This document shows positions 25,850 to 36,224 of a stretch of DNA of 64,000 bases, one piece after another. How positions within the stretch are numbered: the first letter of the stretch is position 1; every line of letters starts with the position of its first letter. Origin of the DNA: a virus (Duplodnaviria; Caudoviricetes). Location: the IMG/VR virus record IMGVR_UViG_3300011678_000001, positions 32,001-96,000 of that record. One strand, written 5' to 3'. The notes beneath the pieces are model-generated. The model was given only the letters and a program-made list of their open reading frames with translations. It ran no database searches and was not told the origin of the DNA. The translations under genes were made by a program, and so were the position numbers.

Positions 25850-27778
25850 TTACGCCATCCGAATGCCTACGATGTTGCGAGCACCGCTGATCGGTACCAG
25901 CTCAAAGCAGACATTGTCAGCCGTAACCATGTAGACGTGGCCAGCACCTGCAGTCTTGCGACCAATGGCGTACAAGCCAGTCAGGACGTCAGCCATTTCT
26001 GGATCGGCCCCTTCGCCTTGACGCTGAGGAGTGCGCACATCGCTGGTGACCAGACCGAACTTGTCAGAGTCGATCTTGACGTGCAGCGTTGCCATCGGAC
26101 GGAACAGGACGACAACGTTTTCACGGAACTGCTTGTACGCTTCGGGATCTTCCTCGGCGATCGGCAGGATGTCACTGCATTCCAGGAACTCAGCCCGCTC
26201 TTCGCTGTCGGTGATGTAATGCAAGCCCAGCAGCAGCACCTTGGTCCGGCTGAGGAACTGGGTCACATACGCCTGACCGAACGTCTTGAATGACTTGCAG
26301 TTGAGCAGGTCGGCAAAGTCTTCGATGAAGCTGTCGATGGACAGGCCGGTTTGACCGAACTGATCACGCAGTACCGAGTTGACTTCCTTGGTGTAATGCT
26401 TGTCCAGGAAGGTCAGGACGTTTTCAGCCATGGTGCCACGCAGCGACTGGAGACGCTTCTGAAGCATCTGCAGGTCCGCATCACCTGCACCAAGCGACTT
26501 GATAGATTCCAAGCCTTTGATGGTTTCAGGATCAGCTGCCAGTTGTACCGAATCGATGGCATTGATGGAGGTAACATCACTTTCAGTCTTGGTCGCAGTA
26601 CCGGCAACGCGCAGCGCCGCTTCTTCCAGACCCGAGATCGCCAGTGCAGACTGATGAATCGTTGGGTTGGACAGGTCAAGCTCAGACAGCAACTCCTTAC
26701 GAGCAGAGACGATGGTGTTGTTCAGGGCGTCCAGATCCACGGCGTCGATGTCGTCGCCTTCAAAGATCGGGTCGTTGTCCTGACGTTCCAGGGTAGTACG
26801 GGGACGGTTAGGGCGAACCTGCTTGCGGATCTCGTGCGCAGTTTCGACCAGGTCATCTGTCATAGCAATGAACTCCTCTCTGATGGTGCCGTCTTTGCCC
26901 TTGACCAGGAAGCACACCTCTTGGTCGATGTCATAGGCACGGCGGGTTTGTTGTTTGGGGCTCCATTTCCACTGCCAGTTGGACTTGTGAGCCAGCTGCC
27001 AGTGTTCACCTTCGACCCAGAAGTCATCGTAAGGGCGTTCCTTGCTCATGTCCGGACCATCCTGTGGTGGCAATGCTTCTTCGACTGGAGCTTCAGGAGC
27101 GGGACGCGAGAGCGGCGACTCTTGCATCGGAGCGGCGTAGCTGCCACGTGCCGTCTGACCGAACCCAGAGCTGCGCGGTGCAGCCGCAGTCGGACGGTCA
27201 AAGAACGACGATGAAGCAGCAGCGGCTGGGGCACCCGGACGCCCACCGAATGGACTGTTGGTTGCCCGCGTCTGCTGAGGCTCTTCCCGGTCAAACACAT
27301 TCCGACGCCCACCGAACACACCGGTGTCACGGCTGCCGAATACGTTACGACCACCACCTGCACCACCGCCAAAGCCTACACGCCCACCGCTCAGACCCGC
27401 TGGGCGACGTGCGCCACCCCGGACGCGGTTAAGCATCTCTTCCCACTTGGCCGCTGCACGGCCCAGGGCCGAATACATGTCGTCTGGCACTGCATCCGCG
27501 ATGCGACGGTCAGACATGGCAAAGGCGCCGACGTTGGCATCCACCGCCGCAATGATGATGTCACGGATCACCGCTTCCGCTTCACTGTCACTGCGGGTGT
27601 TGGGCAGTTCATTCTCAACGAACGCCATGATCACATCCACCAGCGAGGCCATGTCGTTGTTGTTGTACTGCCCCTGAGACATGTAGCGGTCGTACTCGTC
27701 GCGGACAGGGTTGTCTTTGACGCGGTTCTGCATGTAGTCGATGGTACGGTCGTATACGTAAGTGCCGATTTCGCTCAT
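25850..27778 (-). CDS. conserved phiKZ-like hypothetical protein with FG/RG-rich low-complexity linker
   Basis: 642 aa, directly downstream of the RNAP subunit; SD GGAG. Confidence 0.8.
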   Translation of the reverse strand: MSEIGTYVYDRTIDYMQNRVKDNPVRDEYDRYMSQGQYNNNDMASLVDVIMAFVENELPNTRSDSEAEAVIRDIIIAAVDANVGAFAMSDRRIADAVPDDMYSALGRAAAKWEEMLNRVRGGARRPAGLSGGRVGFGGGAGGGRNVFGSRDTGVFGGRRNVFDREEPQQTRATNSPFGGRPGAPAAAASSSFFDRPTAAAPRSSGFGQTARGSYAAPMQESPLSRPAPEAPVEEALPPQDGPDMSKERPYDDFWVEGEHWQLAHKSNWQWKWSPKQQTRRAYDIDQEVCFLVKGKDGTIREEFIAMTDDLVETAHEIRKQVRPNRPRTTLERQDNDPIFEGDDIDAVDLDALNNTIVSARKELLSELDLSNPTIHQSALAISGLEEAALRVAGTATKTESDVTSINAIDSVQLAADPETIKGLESIKSLGAGDADLQMLQKRLQSLRGTMAENVLTFLDKHYTKEVNSVLRDQFGQTGLSIDSFIEDFADLLNCKSFKTFGQAYVTQFLSRTKVLLLGLHYITDSEERAEFLECSDILPIAEEDPEAYKQFRENVVVLFRPMATLHVKIDSDKFGLVTSDVRTPQRQGEGADPEMADVLTGLYAIGRKTAGAGHVYMVTADNVCFELVPISGARNIVGIRMA

Positions 27779-27798
27779 GATAACTCCAGCTGGATAAA

Positions 27799-29451
27799 TT
27801 AGGTGCGTTGGATCAGACGTTGTACACCGTCAAGGAGATCCTTGTGCTCAAGGGGTTCGAGCGTGGTATGCTTGTCCCCTAAGCGAATGCACGGATTGAA
27901 TCGATTGTTACCAATCGGTGTCGACTTGGGCAAGACCCCGAAACCGGCAATCGCCGCAAACGAGGAGTCCAAGTACATGGTGGGGCCGATCGGCTTGGCA
28001 TCCTGAGATTTCCCGCGACCATGGGTGTCGTTCTGTTGAACGATCACGCTCGTGATCTTGAAGAACATGTTGTCGCTCGGGTTGGAGACCGAGGAGACTT
28101 CGGGATGCTCAGCTGCAGAGCTGATGCCATGAATCAACCAAGGGGTGAAATACTTCCGAAGGATTTCCTCGTACTCCTTGCTGGTGAGGACTTTCTTCGT
28201 GTTGCCTGTGATCTTGAAGAGAAACTCGAACATGTTGTTGTTGATGTTTCGAAGCAGATACCGCAACACCTCGAGACGCTTGTTGTACAGACAGGCTTCT
28301 TTGCCTCGGTTACTGTCCAACATGTTTTGCATCTCGCGCATGATGTGCGCCATCAGATCGAACAGATCAGCACAATACACCTGCACCTCTTGCAAAGTCT
28401 TGACCGTTTCCTGGTCAACATAACTGTCAAGCGATTTCAGGTGGATTTCGACGTCATCGACAAGACGACCGTGGTTGTTGCCTTCGCCCCACAGCACAAA
28501 GGCCATGAAGACGCACCACTTCCAGGTGTCCTCGAGATCTTTGGGATCTTCGACGTACTCTGGGAAGTGATCAATGACGTAGAAGAAGCCGGTCGCGAAA
28601 CTCCTCGTCAAATCGGTCCAATTGCCCCGGTCAACCAGCATGACCAAATCCGTTGCCAGGTTCACTTCGTAACCATTGGCACGGCGGGGGTTCAGACCTG
28701 TAGGCGCTTTCCCAAGAGAAGTCACCTTGACCCAATGATCCGGCGGAAACTGAACAGGGTCGTAATCCTGCTCACGCATGATGATCGGGCGGGTACCGCA
28801 GTATTTCTCAAACGCGCCGTACAGTCCATGTCGGCAGAACAGGTAGTGAGGCAGTGAGCTGTGCACCCAACCCAGACGGATCAGGTCACTGCGGTTACGG
28901 CTCTTCTTCCCACCCTTGTTGTGCAAAGGCGAGTAGATCACATGTTCCTTGACCCGCACGCCGTCAATGACCACCGTGTAGTTCTCACGGTTGAAACTGA
29001 TCGGGGCACGAGGAATCCGGATGAACACGCTGTTCTCTTCAATCTCGAACGCAATGTCGCCCATCACAGGCGCCACGGCAAACTGCTTGCCCGAGATATA
29101 AAGCATACCAGCCTGCCGAACAAACGGCAGGTACATGAACATTGGGGACAGTTCCTTGCCCTCAAACCGGAACCGGTATTTCACCAGGTACACATCGCTG
29201 CGTGCAATGTCGTAGACTCGGTTGTTACCCGAGCGTGCACGCGTAATGACGTTGTACTCCTCCAGCGGACTGCAGCGCTCACTACCGATGTATTCGAATC
29301 CCTCGGGGTACTGCGATTCACCGCACCGGATGATGTTGTCTACATACGCCTTGGCAAATGGAACGTCTTTGCAGGCAATGCCTTTGACAACATCGGTGTT
29401 GATCACCGGCGAACGCTTACGGTGTGAATAGTCGAATAGACTGACATCCAT
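27799..29451 (-). CDS. non-virion multisubunit RNA polymerase beta subunit, N-terminal part (phiKZ gp123-like)
   Basis: 550 aa; ARSDVYLVKY.F.F.G......YLPFV..AG...I.G motif; position two genes downstream of the capsid gene. Confidence 0.8.
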   Translation of the reverse strand: MDVSLFDYSHRKRSPVINTDVVKGIACKDVPFAKAYVDNIIRCGESQYPEGFEYIGSERCSPLEEYNVITRARSGNNRVYDIARSDVYLVKYRFRFEGKELSPMFMYLPFVRQAGMLYISGKQFAVAPVMGDIAFEIEENSVFIRIPRAPISFNRENYTVVIDGVRVKEHVIYSPLHNKGGKKSRNRSDLIRLGWVHSSLPHYLFCRHGLYGAFEKYCGTRPIIMREQDYDPVQFPPDHWVKVTSLGKAPTGLNPRRANGYEVNLATDLVMLVDRGNWTDLTRSFATGFFYVIDHFPEYVEDPKDLEDTWKWCVFMAFVLWGEGNNHGRLVDDVEIHLKSLDSYVDQETVKTLQEVQVYCADLFDLMAHIMREMQNMLDSNRGKEACLYNKRLEVLRYLLRNINNNMFEFLFKITGNTKKVLTSKEYEEILRKYFTPWLIHGISSAAEHPEVSSVSNPSDNMFFKITSVIVQQNDTHGRGKSQDAKPIGPTMYLDSSFAAIAGFGVLPKSTPIGNNRFNPCIRLGDKHTTLEPLEHKDLLDGVQRLIQRT

Positions 29452-29463
29452 CGGTTAAGGCCT

Positions 29464-30615
29464 TTAGCTTGATTTCAACTTCGACAGTATCCCATAAACA
29501 GTTACCATCGCCCCTAATACAGCAACACCAGTCTTAGCCCACTCAGCATAATTCCGCCTGAGGGCGGCTTCTTTTTCTTGTTGGGCTTTAAGCGACGCTG
29601 CCTCATTTCGCAGGCGTTGAAGTTCTTCCTCCTCCTTCAATTGCCCACTGCGCATCTTGGCTTCGCCGAACCGTCGTTCCGTGGTCTCGCGCTCAATGAG
29701 CAGTTTTGCCATGGCATCCAGCGGGCCACCATTGATGGCGTCTTCGATGCTCTTGTGCAGACCAAACTTTTCATCGGCCTCCTCAAAGGTATAGCTTCGG
29801 TGAATGACGTCTGAGACGGCTTCACCATTTTGAAGAGGCGTACGACTCACCACATGTATACCCGTAGAATATTTTAAATCACGTTCTACAGGCACCATGA
29901 ACACATCCCCACCTAAGTTGATGTATCGCGTGGCGCGTTGTACTTGATGCGCATTGTCCACTGCCTTGATCATGAACATACAGGTCGCTTCCCCGATGCC
30001 AGGCACCAGGTCTTTGACCATCGCTTCATCGCGCTTGATCTTGTCAAACGGATGAACCGATCCGTGGTCTGCCAGCCACTCGACCAACAGGTCGACATCC
30101 GGCATATAGCAACGCCCACCGGCGTCACAGATGTCACGGTATTGGATCACGTACTCGACACTGGCTGCCAACGAGTTGTGCGTGTTGTTATACAGCGCAT
30201 CGTCGTAAGCCTTGATCCAGTAATAAGTCTCACGTTCTTCAACGTTAGCCCGGTTCCGGAGTGCGTCAAGTGCACGTTCCATTGAGGAACGACTCATGGA
30301 GTGGGTCACACAGACAATCAGATCATCCGCCGCATAGTTGCCTAGCGGCTCCACCACCACAGCGCTTCCATCGCGCGTAGTGATGAGAATGTCCCGGTCC
30401 ATGTAATTGTAGTACGAGACAGTAACAACTGGTGCACCTTTGACGCCGTTCTCATGTTGGCGACTAGCTCCCCGAATCCGGGTAGCCGAACGTTGCTGAA
30501 ACGGGAGGGAGGTTCTTGCATAGTGTTGCGAGGTGTTTATGCGGTGTGGCTGATTTGAACTATCGATACGTGAGAACTCGTCCATAGGGGTTGGCTCATA
30601 TTTTAAATTTAACAC
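29464..30615 (-). CDS. conserved hypothetical protein with C-terminal coiled coil and membrane anchor
   Basis: 383 aa (start uncertain: GTG 30615 or ATG 30585); ends GVAVLGAMVTVYGILSKLKSS. Confidence 0.75.
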   Translation of the reverse strand: MLNLKYEPTPMDEFSRIDSSNQPHRINTSQHYARTSLPFQQRSATRIRGASRQHENGVKGAPVVTVSYYNYMDRDILITTRDGSAVVVEPLGNYAADDLIVCVTHSMSRSSMERALDALRNRANVEERETYYWIKAYDDALYNNTHNSLAASVEYVIQYRDICDAGGRCYMPDVDLLVEWLADHGSVHPFDKIKRDEAMVKDLVPGIGEATCMFMIKAVDNAHQVQRATRYINLGGDVFMVPVERDLKYSTGIHVVSRTPLQNGEAVSDVIHRSYTFEEADEKFGLHKSIEDAINGGPLDAMAKLLIERETTERRFGEAKMRSGQLKEEEELQRLRNEAASLKAQQEKEAALRRNYAEWAKTGVAVLGAMVTVYGILSKLKSS

Positions 30616-30701
30616 GAATAGTTATTCTACTTGCCGTGTTCTGTACAAATTAATAATGTACTGCTGTAAAACATTAGAGTCAACTTCCAGAAAACGGGCA
30701 G

Positions 30702-30736
30702 ACGGAATAGATGGGGGCCGAAGCCCCCATCTATCA
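30702..30736 (-). terminator. terminator after the capsid gene
   Basis: ATAGATGGGGGC-CGAA-GCCCCCATCTAT (UUCG loop on -), then TATTCCG on -. Confidence 0.7.
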
Positions 30737-30760
30737 ATGCCGCTCGCTAACCCTTACGGA

Positions 30761-32986
30761 TTAACCTGCAGTTCCAGTGCCGGTATCAGATCCGGTAGCA
30801 GGAGCTGTAGTGCCACCTTCGGCTGGGGCTTCGGCGGTGCTACCGGGAAATGTAGACACCGGAATGCTCCAACCCTCCGACAGCACTTCGTCCAGACCAA
30901 TCACGTTGATCTTGCCCATGATCGGCAGGTGGTTGATGTGGCGGTTACGCGGCTGCACCATGGCTTCGCGAATCTGGGTCTCGTCACGGGAAACGTTCAC
31001 GTGGGAGATCAGTTCCGGAATCCAGAAGTGAGTACCGCAGTTCAGCGGATCGAGGCCTTCGGTCTTGCGCTTGAAGGTCCAGAAGATCTGCTTGCGTACG
31101 CGCTGATCGACAGTGGTAACTTTCTCGAAGTCGATGTCGTCGCCCAGGGTGCGGCTGTCGCCGTCCTTCAGGATGAACGATGCGGTCTTCGGATCGGAAC
31201 CGATCAGGACGCAGACTTTCTCACCGACGTAGCCAGTGTAGGCATCCAGCGCAGTGCGGTAGTTCGACTCGAGGATCGCGTCCTGGATGTCGTTACGCAG
31301 TACGTTGCCGATGGCAGCTTGGATGTCCTGTACGCGCTCGTAGGAACGCAGGCTGCGAACCAGAGTACGCAGGTCGAGGTTGCGCTCGCGGAACCATGGG
31401 CGAACCAGGAAGCGGGCGATACCTTCGACTTCCGGCAGGAGGTCGTCGGAAGCAACGCTGTCACTCAGGAACTTCCAACGGCTCAGGCCGTCAGTGAAGC
31501 GCAGCAGAGTGGTGATGGCGTTGTTGTCGTTACGCAGACGAGCAGCAGTAACCAGCAGATCGATGTCTGCCATGCCACGGCTTTCAGCCAGCGGGCTCGG
31601 GATGGACAGCGGGCTGCCCAGCATTACTGGGTAACGCTCGGTGTACTCGGAGCTGTTCAGCTGCAGACCGCGCAGACGACGGTTGGCGTTGGACAGGCGA
31701 GCGTTCGGCTCCCAGCCGATGATCGACAGAGCTTCCAGACCACGGGCGATGTCGCGACCCGGACCAGCAGCAGTCAGGGACAGGCTTTCACCGGCAGCGT
31801 TGATCACTTTCTCGACTACGACAGGCGCAGCGTTGACAGTGGCGTTGGCTTTCTCGGTGTCGACGTTACCGGTGACGATCAGGCTCAGAGTAACGGTGTA
31901 ACCACCGTCAACGATCTGCTTCAGAACCGGGTTGACCAGAGCGTTGCCAGCGTAGTCGGTCGACTTGCCGTTGATCTGGATGGAGCTGGTACGGAAGTTC
32001 AGTTCCAGTTCACGAGCCAGACCCTGCGGGCCCTTGATGAAGGCAGCGCGCGGCAGAGTTTCGACGTCGAAGCGAAGAACGTCGGCGTCGCCCTGACGGA
32101 CGTACAGGCTCTTCAGGCCAACAGCGCGATCGAGTGCGTCAGTCTGGTTGGCTTGACCGGCGATCTTGACCAGAGTGTTCTGAGCCAGACCAACGAGGTT
32201 GACACGCTTGCCAACTTGCAGCGGAGCAGTGGTAACCTGGCGGTTGCCGAGGTCAACAGTGCGCGGAGCAACGACAGCTTCAGCAACGAAGAGGTCCTTG
32301 TTGCCACTGTGAACTTCAGGAACCAGAGCGGTCGACTGGTCAGCCAGGATCTGGTAGTTGATCGCAGCTTCGAGCAGACGGCGCTGTTTGAAGTCAGCGT
32401 GGTCGCCACGGGTGTTGTGCAGGAAGTGGTTCAGAACCAGGTGGCTACGGATGGTGACGTCGGCACCGCCCTGCTCCGGGGTCAGAATCACAGTGCGGTA
32501 GAACGCTTCAGCGAACTCGCCCTGCTTGGCAGCTTTCTGGTTGTACACCATCGACAGGCCGATGAAGTCAGTCAGGTTGCTGTTGTCGAAAGCTTCCATC
32601 GAAGGAGCAGCTTTCTCTTGGAAGTCGAAGTCGCTCAGCGATTCAACGGATACAACGGTACCAACAGCCGGGTTGGACATGTTGGACTGGCCCAGAGCGC
32701 GGCGAGCGTAAGCAGCCGGATCAGCGGAAGCCATTGCAACAACGCCCATGGCGTCTTTCTGAGCCGAGCTCAGGTTGCCCATGCCTTCGATGTTGTTCTC
32801 GATACCGATGACGGCCGATTCCATCGAAGCGACCATGTTTTCGCGTTCCAGAGAGGACAGCGATTCCATGGATGCCACGCCAGCTACGCCAACGATGGCG
32901 CCTTGGCTGAAACGATCTTGAAGCATGCTTGCTTGTTCAGCCAGAATCTGCTGGCTGGTAGGAGCCTTTTTACCGATGATACTCAT
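30761..32986 (-). CDS. major capsid protein (phiKZ gp120-like)
   Basis: 741 aa, strongly biased codons, propeptide with S-M-E sites (PSME|AFD), Q.EFAEAFY.T, C-terminal VQPRNRHINHLP. Confidence 0.9.
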   Translation of the reverse strand: MSIIGKKAPTSQQILAEQASMLQDRFSQGAIVGVAGVASMESLSSLERENMVASMESAVIGIENNIEGMGNLSSAQKDAMGVVAMASADPAAYARRALGQSNMSNPAVGTVVSVESLSDFDFQEKAAPSMEAFDNSNLTDFIGLSMVYNQKAAKQGEFAEAFYRTVILTPEQGGADVTIRSHLVLNHFLHNTRGDHADFKQRRLLEAAINYQILADQSTALVPEVHSGNKDLFVAEAVVAPRTVDLGNRQVTTAPLQVGKRVNLVGLAQNTLVKIAGQANQTDALDRAVGLKSLYVRQGDADVLRFDVETLPRAAFIKGPQGLARELELNFRTSSIQINGKSTDYAGNALVNPVLKQIVDGGYTVTLSLIVTGNVDTEKANATVNAAPVVVEKVINAAGESLSLTAAGPGRDIARGLEALSIIGWEPNARLSNANRRLRGLQLNSSEYTERYPVMLGSPLSIPSPLAESRGMADIDLLVTAARLRNDNNAITTLLRFTDGLSRWKFLSDSVASDDLLPEVEGIARFLVRPWFRERNLDLRTLVRSLRSYERVQDIQAAIGNVLRNDIQDAILESNYRTALDAYTGYVGEKVCVLIGSDPKTASFILKDGDSRTLGDDIDFEKVTTVDQRVRKQIFWTFKRKTEGLDPLNCGTHFWIPELISHVNVSRDETQIREAMVQPRNRHINHLPIMGKINVIGLDEVLSEGWSIPVSTFPGSTAEAPAEGGTTAPATGSDTGTGTAG

Positions 32987-33077
32987 TTACTGTTTCTCCG
33001 CGGGGATTTGCTGCGCGCGCAGCGGTTTAACTGCGTAGTGCTGAGATCTCATTACCGTCCTTCAGCACTTTCGCAAG

Positions 33078-33092
33078 TCTTTCATACCATTG
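33078..33092 (-). promoter_or_regulatory. possible late promoter core (TATG) for the capsid gene
   Basis: TATG at 33086-33083; phiKZ late promoters use TATG at the start site. Similar intergenic TATG at 12924, 22854, 37297, 47292, 53550 (+) and 56397, 58851 (-). A 4-mer is weak evidence. Confidence 0.35.
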
Positions 33093-33136
33093 CAGAAAAC
33101 AACTGCAATGTCACTCAATAAAATACTGGGTAAAAC

Positions 33137-33682
33137 TCAGTAGAAATTCGTGTTTATTTGAATTTCGTTTACATACCGTTTGAAGGCATTGAGTTTTGCC
33201 ACTTGTTCCAAGGGCACTCGACCGTGCATGACACGGACAATTTTCTGAGCGAGTGTTGCAGTATCGCTCTTCAAACTATCTGCAGCTTGTGGGGTTGGAA
33301 TCAGCCGAATGGCCAGGACTTCAGTGTCCGTCAACTCGACCGCTACCGACAACCCTTGGTTGATCATCCGTTCGGATGCTGCTCCATAGATAAGGGTGTC
33401 AACAGACGGGTTACCAGCCAATGCACGCTCTTCCAGAGTGGGTACTGGAACCGCCTGCCAGAAGTTCGAAACGATCTCACGGGCCTCATTGGCGTTCTCG
33501 CCGAGGACCTTACCCACGATCTCATCCGTCCGGAAATTGGCGATCTTGTAAATCAAAAGATCTCTGGGCGATAGTATGCCAGATAACTTTTCATAGTTAG
33601 CAAGATCATCGTTCGTGATACCCAGCTCCTTCACAATGAGGTTGAGCCATGCGGGTACAATGATCAGTTTGATGTTGCTCAT
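33137..33682 (-). CDS. conserved hypothetical protein between capsid and helicase
   Basis: Start MSNIKLII with GAGGGT SD. Confidence 0.7.
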   Translation of the reverse strand: MSNIKLIIVPAWLNLIVKELGITNDDLANYEKLSGILSPRDLLIYKIANFRTDEIVGKVLGENANEAREIVSNFWQAVPVPTLEERALAGNPSVDTLIYGAASERMINQGLSVAVELTDTEVLAIRLIPTPQAADSLKSDTATLAQKIVRVMHGRVPLEQVAKLNAFKRYVNEIQINTNFY

Positions 33683-33723
33683 CGGATTAACACCCTCTTT
33701 TAGAGCAGGTTTGGGACACAAGA

Positions 33724-35286
33724 ATGGACATCAAGTTATTTCTCGTAAAGTCCGTCTCGCTTTTGTATCTCGAAAGCCAGATCGAAGGCTACAAGTCAGG
33801 TAATGCCTCCCTGATTCGTGAGCTTCTAGCCGATATCAAGATGCCGGAAAATATCGGCGAGCTTGGCGACGGGCGTAACACCCTGTCGAACTTACGCACC
33901 ACTGTGCTGTGGATGCTGAATGACGGTGATTCACAAAGATATGAACCCGATTCGCTTCTGCAACGCTTAAGGCTCAACACACAGAACGACGACAACACCT
34001 ATAAAGCCTTTGAGAAAACCATCCGTCGCTACCCCGATGAATCGGTGATTCGTAAGAACATCAATGACATATCGCGGGAGATGCGGCGGTACAAGAACCA
34101 CGAGAAGCTGCAGGACATCATCAAGAAGGCCTCCTACGCCATCAACTTCAAAGAAGCTGAGATCGAGGACTGGGATACCTTTATTCTGCAGACCGCTCAG
34201 GATCTTCTGTCAGTGGACATGGAGACGGAAGAGCGTACAGACCCGGCCTTTATCACCAGTGTGAACTTCAACGACCCTGAGTCTGTCAAGGCCGCGTTTG
34301 AGGACATGCACAAGTCGCTCAGTACCGACGGGATCATCAAGTTCCCCTTCAAGGGCCTGAATCGCATGATGGGCGTCCAAGGCGGTGGGCGTCGGGGTGA
34401 GTTCGGTTTGGTGAATGCCTTGCCGCACAACAACAAGTCAGGCACACTGCTGGATCTGTTCATTGGCACTTGCATCTTTAACGACCCGTTCCTGTTCAAC
34501 AAGGACAAGAAACCGTTGGCGCTGTTCTACAGTACCGAAGATGACGTGCCTGTAATCATCCAGAAGATCTATGTGGTCCTGAAGCAGTTGGAACTGGGTA
34601 TTGCGGTGTCGGTTAAAGGCATTGACATTGTCGAAGCCTCGACGTACGTGATGGAGAAGTTGCAAGCTCGCGGCTGGTATGTGGAACTGCACCGGATCAA
34701 AGGCTCGGCGTTTACCTACGCTAAGTACATCAAACACCTGGAGCAATACAAAGCCAAGGGGTTCGAAGTCTGCGCCTCCTACATCGACTACCTGGCGATG
34801 TACAGCAAAGACGGTTGTATCCAAGGTTCTACCGGGGATGATTTGCAAGACCTGTACAAACGGGTCCGTGAATACACCTCGGCGGAGAAGATCCTGCAAG
34901 TGACAGCACATCAACTCTCGACCCAAGCCAAGGAAGAGAAGCGGATGAACCCGACCAAGTTCATCAGGGACATGCCAGGCGGCGGCTACTACCAAGGTTG
35001 CAAGAAGTTGGACACCGAAGTGGACTGGGAGTTCTACGTCAACAAGCAGACGATCAACGATGGCGCGTATCTGGAGTACCTGTGGGGTAAACACCGCGGC
35101 GTAGTGGAACCGACTCCAGAAGCCCACAAGTACTTTGTGATGAAGTTTCTTGAACACCCTCAATACGGTTTGCCGTATGACTTCCATCTGGATGAGGATT
35201 TGAGCTACAAGATCATCGGTGGCCGGCCTAGCTCGCAAGGCGGAGGAGCGGCCTGGAATGACATCGATGAGATGAACGCGGCGTAA
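33724..35286 (+). CDS. dnaB: DnaB-like replicative helicase (phiKZ gp118-like)
   Basis: GGRRGE...ALPHNNKS (degenerate Walker A), YSTED, YIDYL, TAHQLS, GKHRG. Confidence 0.85.
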   Translation: MDIKLFLVKSVSLLYLESQIEGYKSGNASLIRELLADIKMPENIGELGDGRNTLSNLRTTVLWMLNDGDSQRYEPDSLLQRLRLNTQNDDNTYKAFEKTIRRYPDESVIRKNINDISREMRRYKNHEKLQDIIKKASYAINFKEAEIEDWDTFILQTAQDLLSVDMETEERTDPAFITSVNFNDPESVKAAFEDMHKSLSTDGIIKFPFKGLNRMMGVQGGGRRGEFGLVNALPHNNKSGTLLDLFIGTCIFNDPFLFNKDKKPLALFYSTEDDVPVIIQKIYVVLKQLELGIAVSVKGIDIVEASTYVMEKLQARGWYVELHRIKGSAFTYAKYIKHLEQYKAKGFEVCASYIDYLAMYSKDGCIQGSTGDDLQDLYKRVREYTSAEKILQVTAHQLSTQAKEEKRMNPTKFIRDMPGGGYYQGCKKLDTEVDWEFYVNKQTINDGAYLEYLWGKHRGVVEPTPEAHKYFVMKFLEHPQYGLPYDFHLDEDLSYKIIGGRPSSQGGGAAWNDIDEMNAA

Positions 35287-35287
35287 C

Positions 35288-35326
35288 GACATAGAGAGCA
35301 GCCTGATGGCTGCTCTCTATGCTGTC
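35288..35326. terminator. bidirectional hairpin flanked by CATA/TATG
   Basis: GACATAGAGAGCAGCC-TGAT-GGCTGCTCTCTATGCTGTC. Confidence 0.75.
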
Positions 35327-35954
35327 AGCTCGGGGTGGCTGTCTGGTTTTCTACTAGGGCTTCGATGATAGCCTCCTGCTCGCCATTAATCAGCCTCAGG
35401 CGTGCGATCTCTTCACTCAGGCGGATGATGGTAGCCGTATCAGTTTCGTTCGTTGTTACACTCGCCTGACGGCTTGCAGTGAGCTGAACGTGTTGCGCTT
35501 CAGAGACATGTGTGCTGGTGGCAGCCCGTGTCAGGAAGATGGTGGGTTCGACACCGATCTTAGCCTTGACCGATTCCTTGATTGCCTGTTCGACATCATC
35601 AAGGTCACGGTAATCTGGCCACAGTCCAAGCGACACACCCGCGATCAAACGGCTGTAGGGCACGCTACCCATGTTAGGGTATTGGTCGATGAATGTGTCA
35701 GGGACATAGAGTAGATTGCCCAAGTTGTCTCGCAAACAGATGACCAGTGCTTTCTCCAGCTGGTCTTCGGCGTAGACGGTGGTACCTAAGCCCACAGGCT
35801 CATAAACCAGTTTCAGCGGGTCTTGCCCACGGGCGATCATTTCGCCAAAGGTACGCTGTGCAACAACGGTGTAGCTTTTAGTAGGGTCTGCAACAAAGGG
35901 TGCGCGAAGCAGGAAAGCGCCCGAGATACCCATCGGAGGTGTTTGGCGAGCCAT
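35325..35954 (-). CDS. conserved phiKZ-like protein, probably virion-associated
   Basis: PP.G..G.F.L..PF, YVPDTFI..YP motifs; C-terminal coiled coil. Confidence 0.7.
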   Translation of the reverse strand: MARQTPPMGISGAFLLRAPFVADPTKSYTVVAQRTFGEMIARGQDPLKLVYEPVGLGTTVYAEDQLEKALVICLRDNLGNLLYVPDTFIDQYPNMGSVPYSRLIAGVSLGLWPDYRDLDDVEQAIKESVKAKIGVEPTIFLTRAATSTHVSEAQHVQLTASRQASVTTNETDTATIIRLSEEIARLRLINGEQEAIIEALVENQTATPS

Positions 35955-36006
35955 AGTGTCCTCGAACCAAAAAAGAAAGAAGAGATTTCGTCACAGGATA
36001 CCTTGA

Positions 36007-36052
36007 AACAAAAAAAGAAATAAGGTCAATCGAGTGGGACCCGAAGGTCCCA
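36007..36052 (-). terminator. terminator of the small early cluster
   Basis: CGAGTGGGACC-CGAA-GGTCCCACTCG, then TTTCTTTTTTTG on -. Confidence 0.7.
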
Positions 36053-36064
36053 CTCGTCGATGAC

Positions 36065-36181
36065 TTAGACGCGGTTGCGGCGCAGGAAGCTGATATGGGC
36101 ATCCATATCTGCCATGGATTTGCGATGACCAAGGTAAGCCAGTGCACCACCGATTGCTGCGTAGACGAGAAACTTGTTCAT
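36065..36181 (-). CDS. 38-aa membrane peptide MNKFLVYAAIGGALAYLGHRKSMADMDAHISFLRRNRV
   Basis: Read by hand; SD AAGGA. Confidence 0.65.
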   Translation of the reverse strand: MNKFLVYAAIGGALAYLGHRKSMADMDAHISFLRRNRV

Positions 36182-36224
36182 GTGAATTCCTTTATTTCAA
36201 ATAGGGGAGGGGGCTGCTTCAGGA

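Noticed and set aside
30656-33121. 821-aa + strand ORF antisense to the capsid gene
   Set aside because: Shadow frame produced by the strong codon bias of the capsid gene; no SD, no motifs
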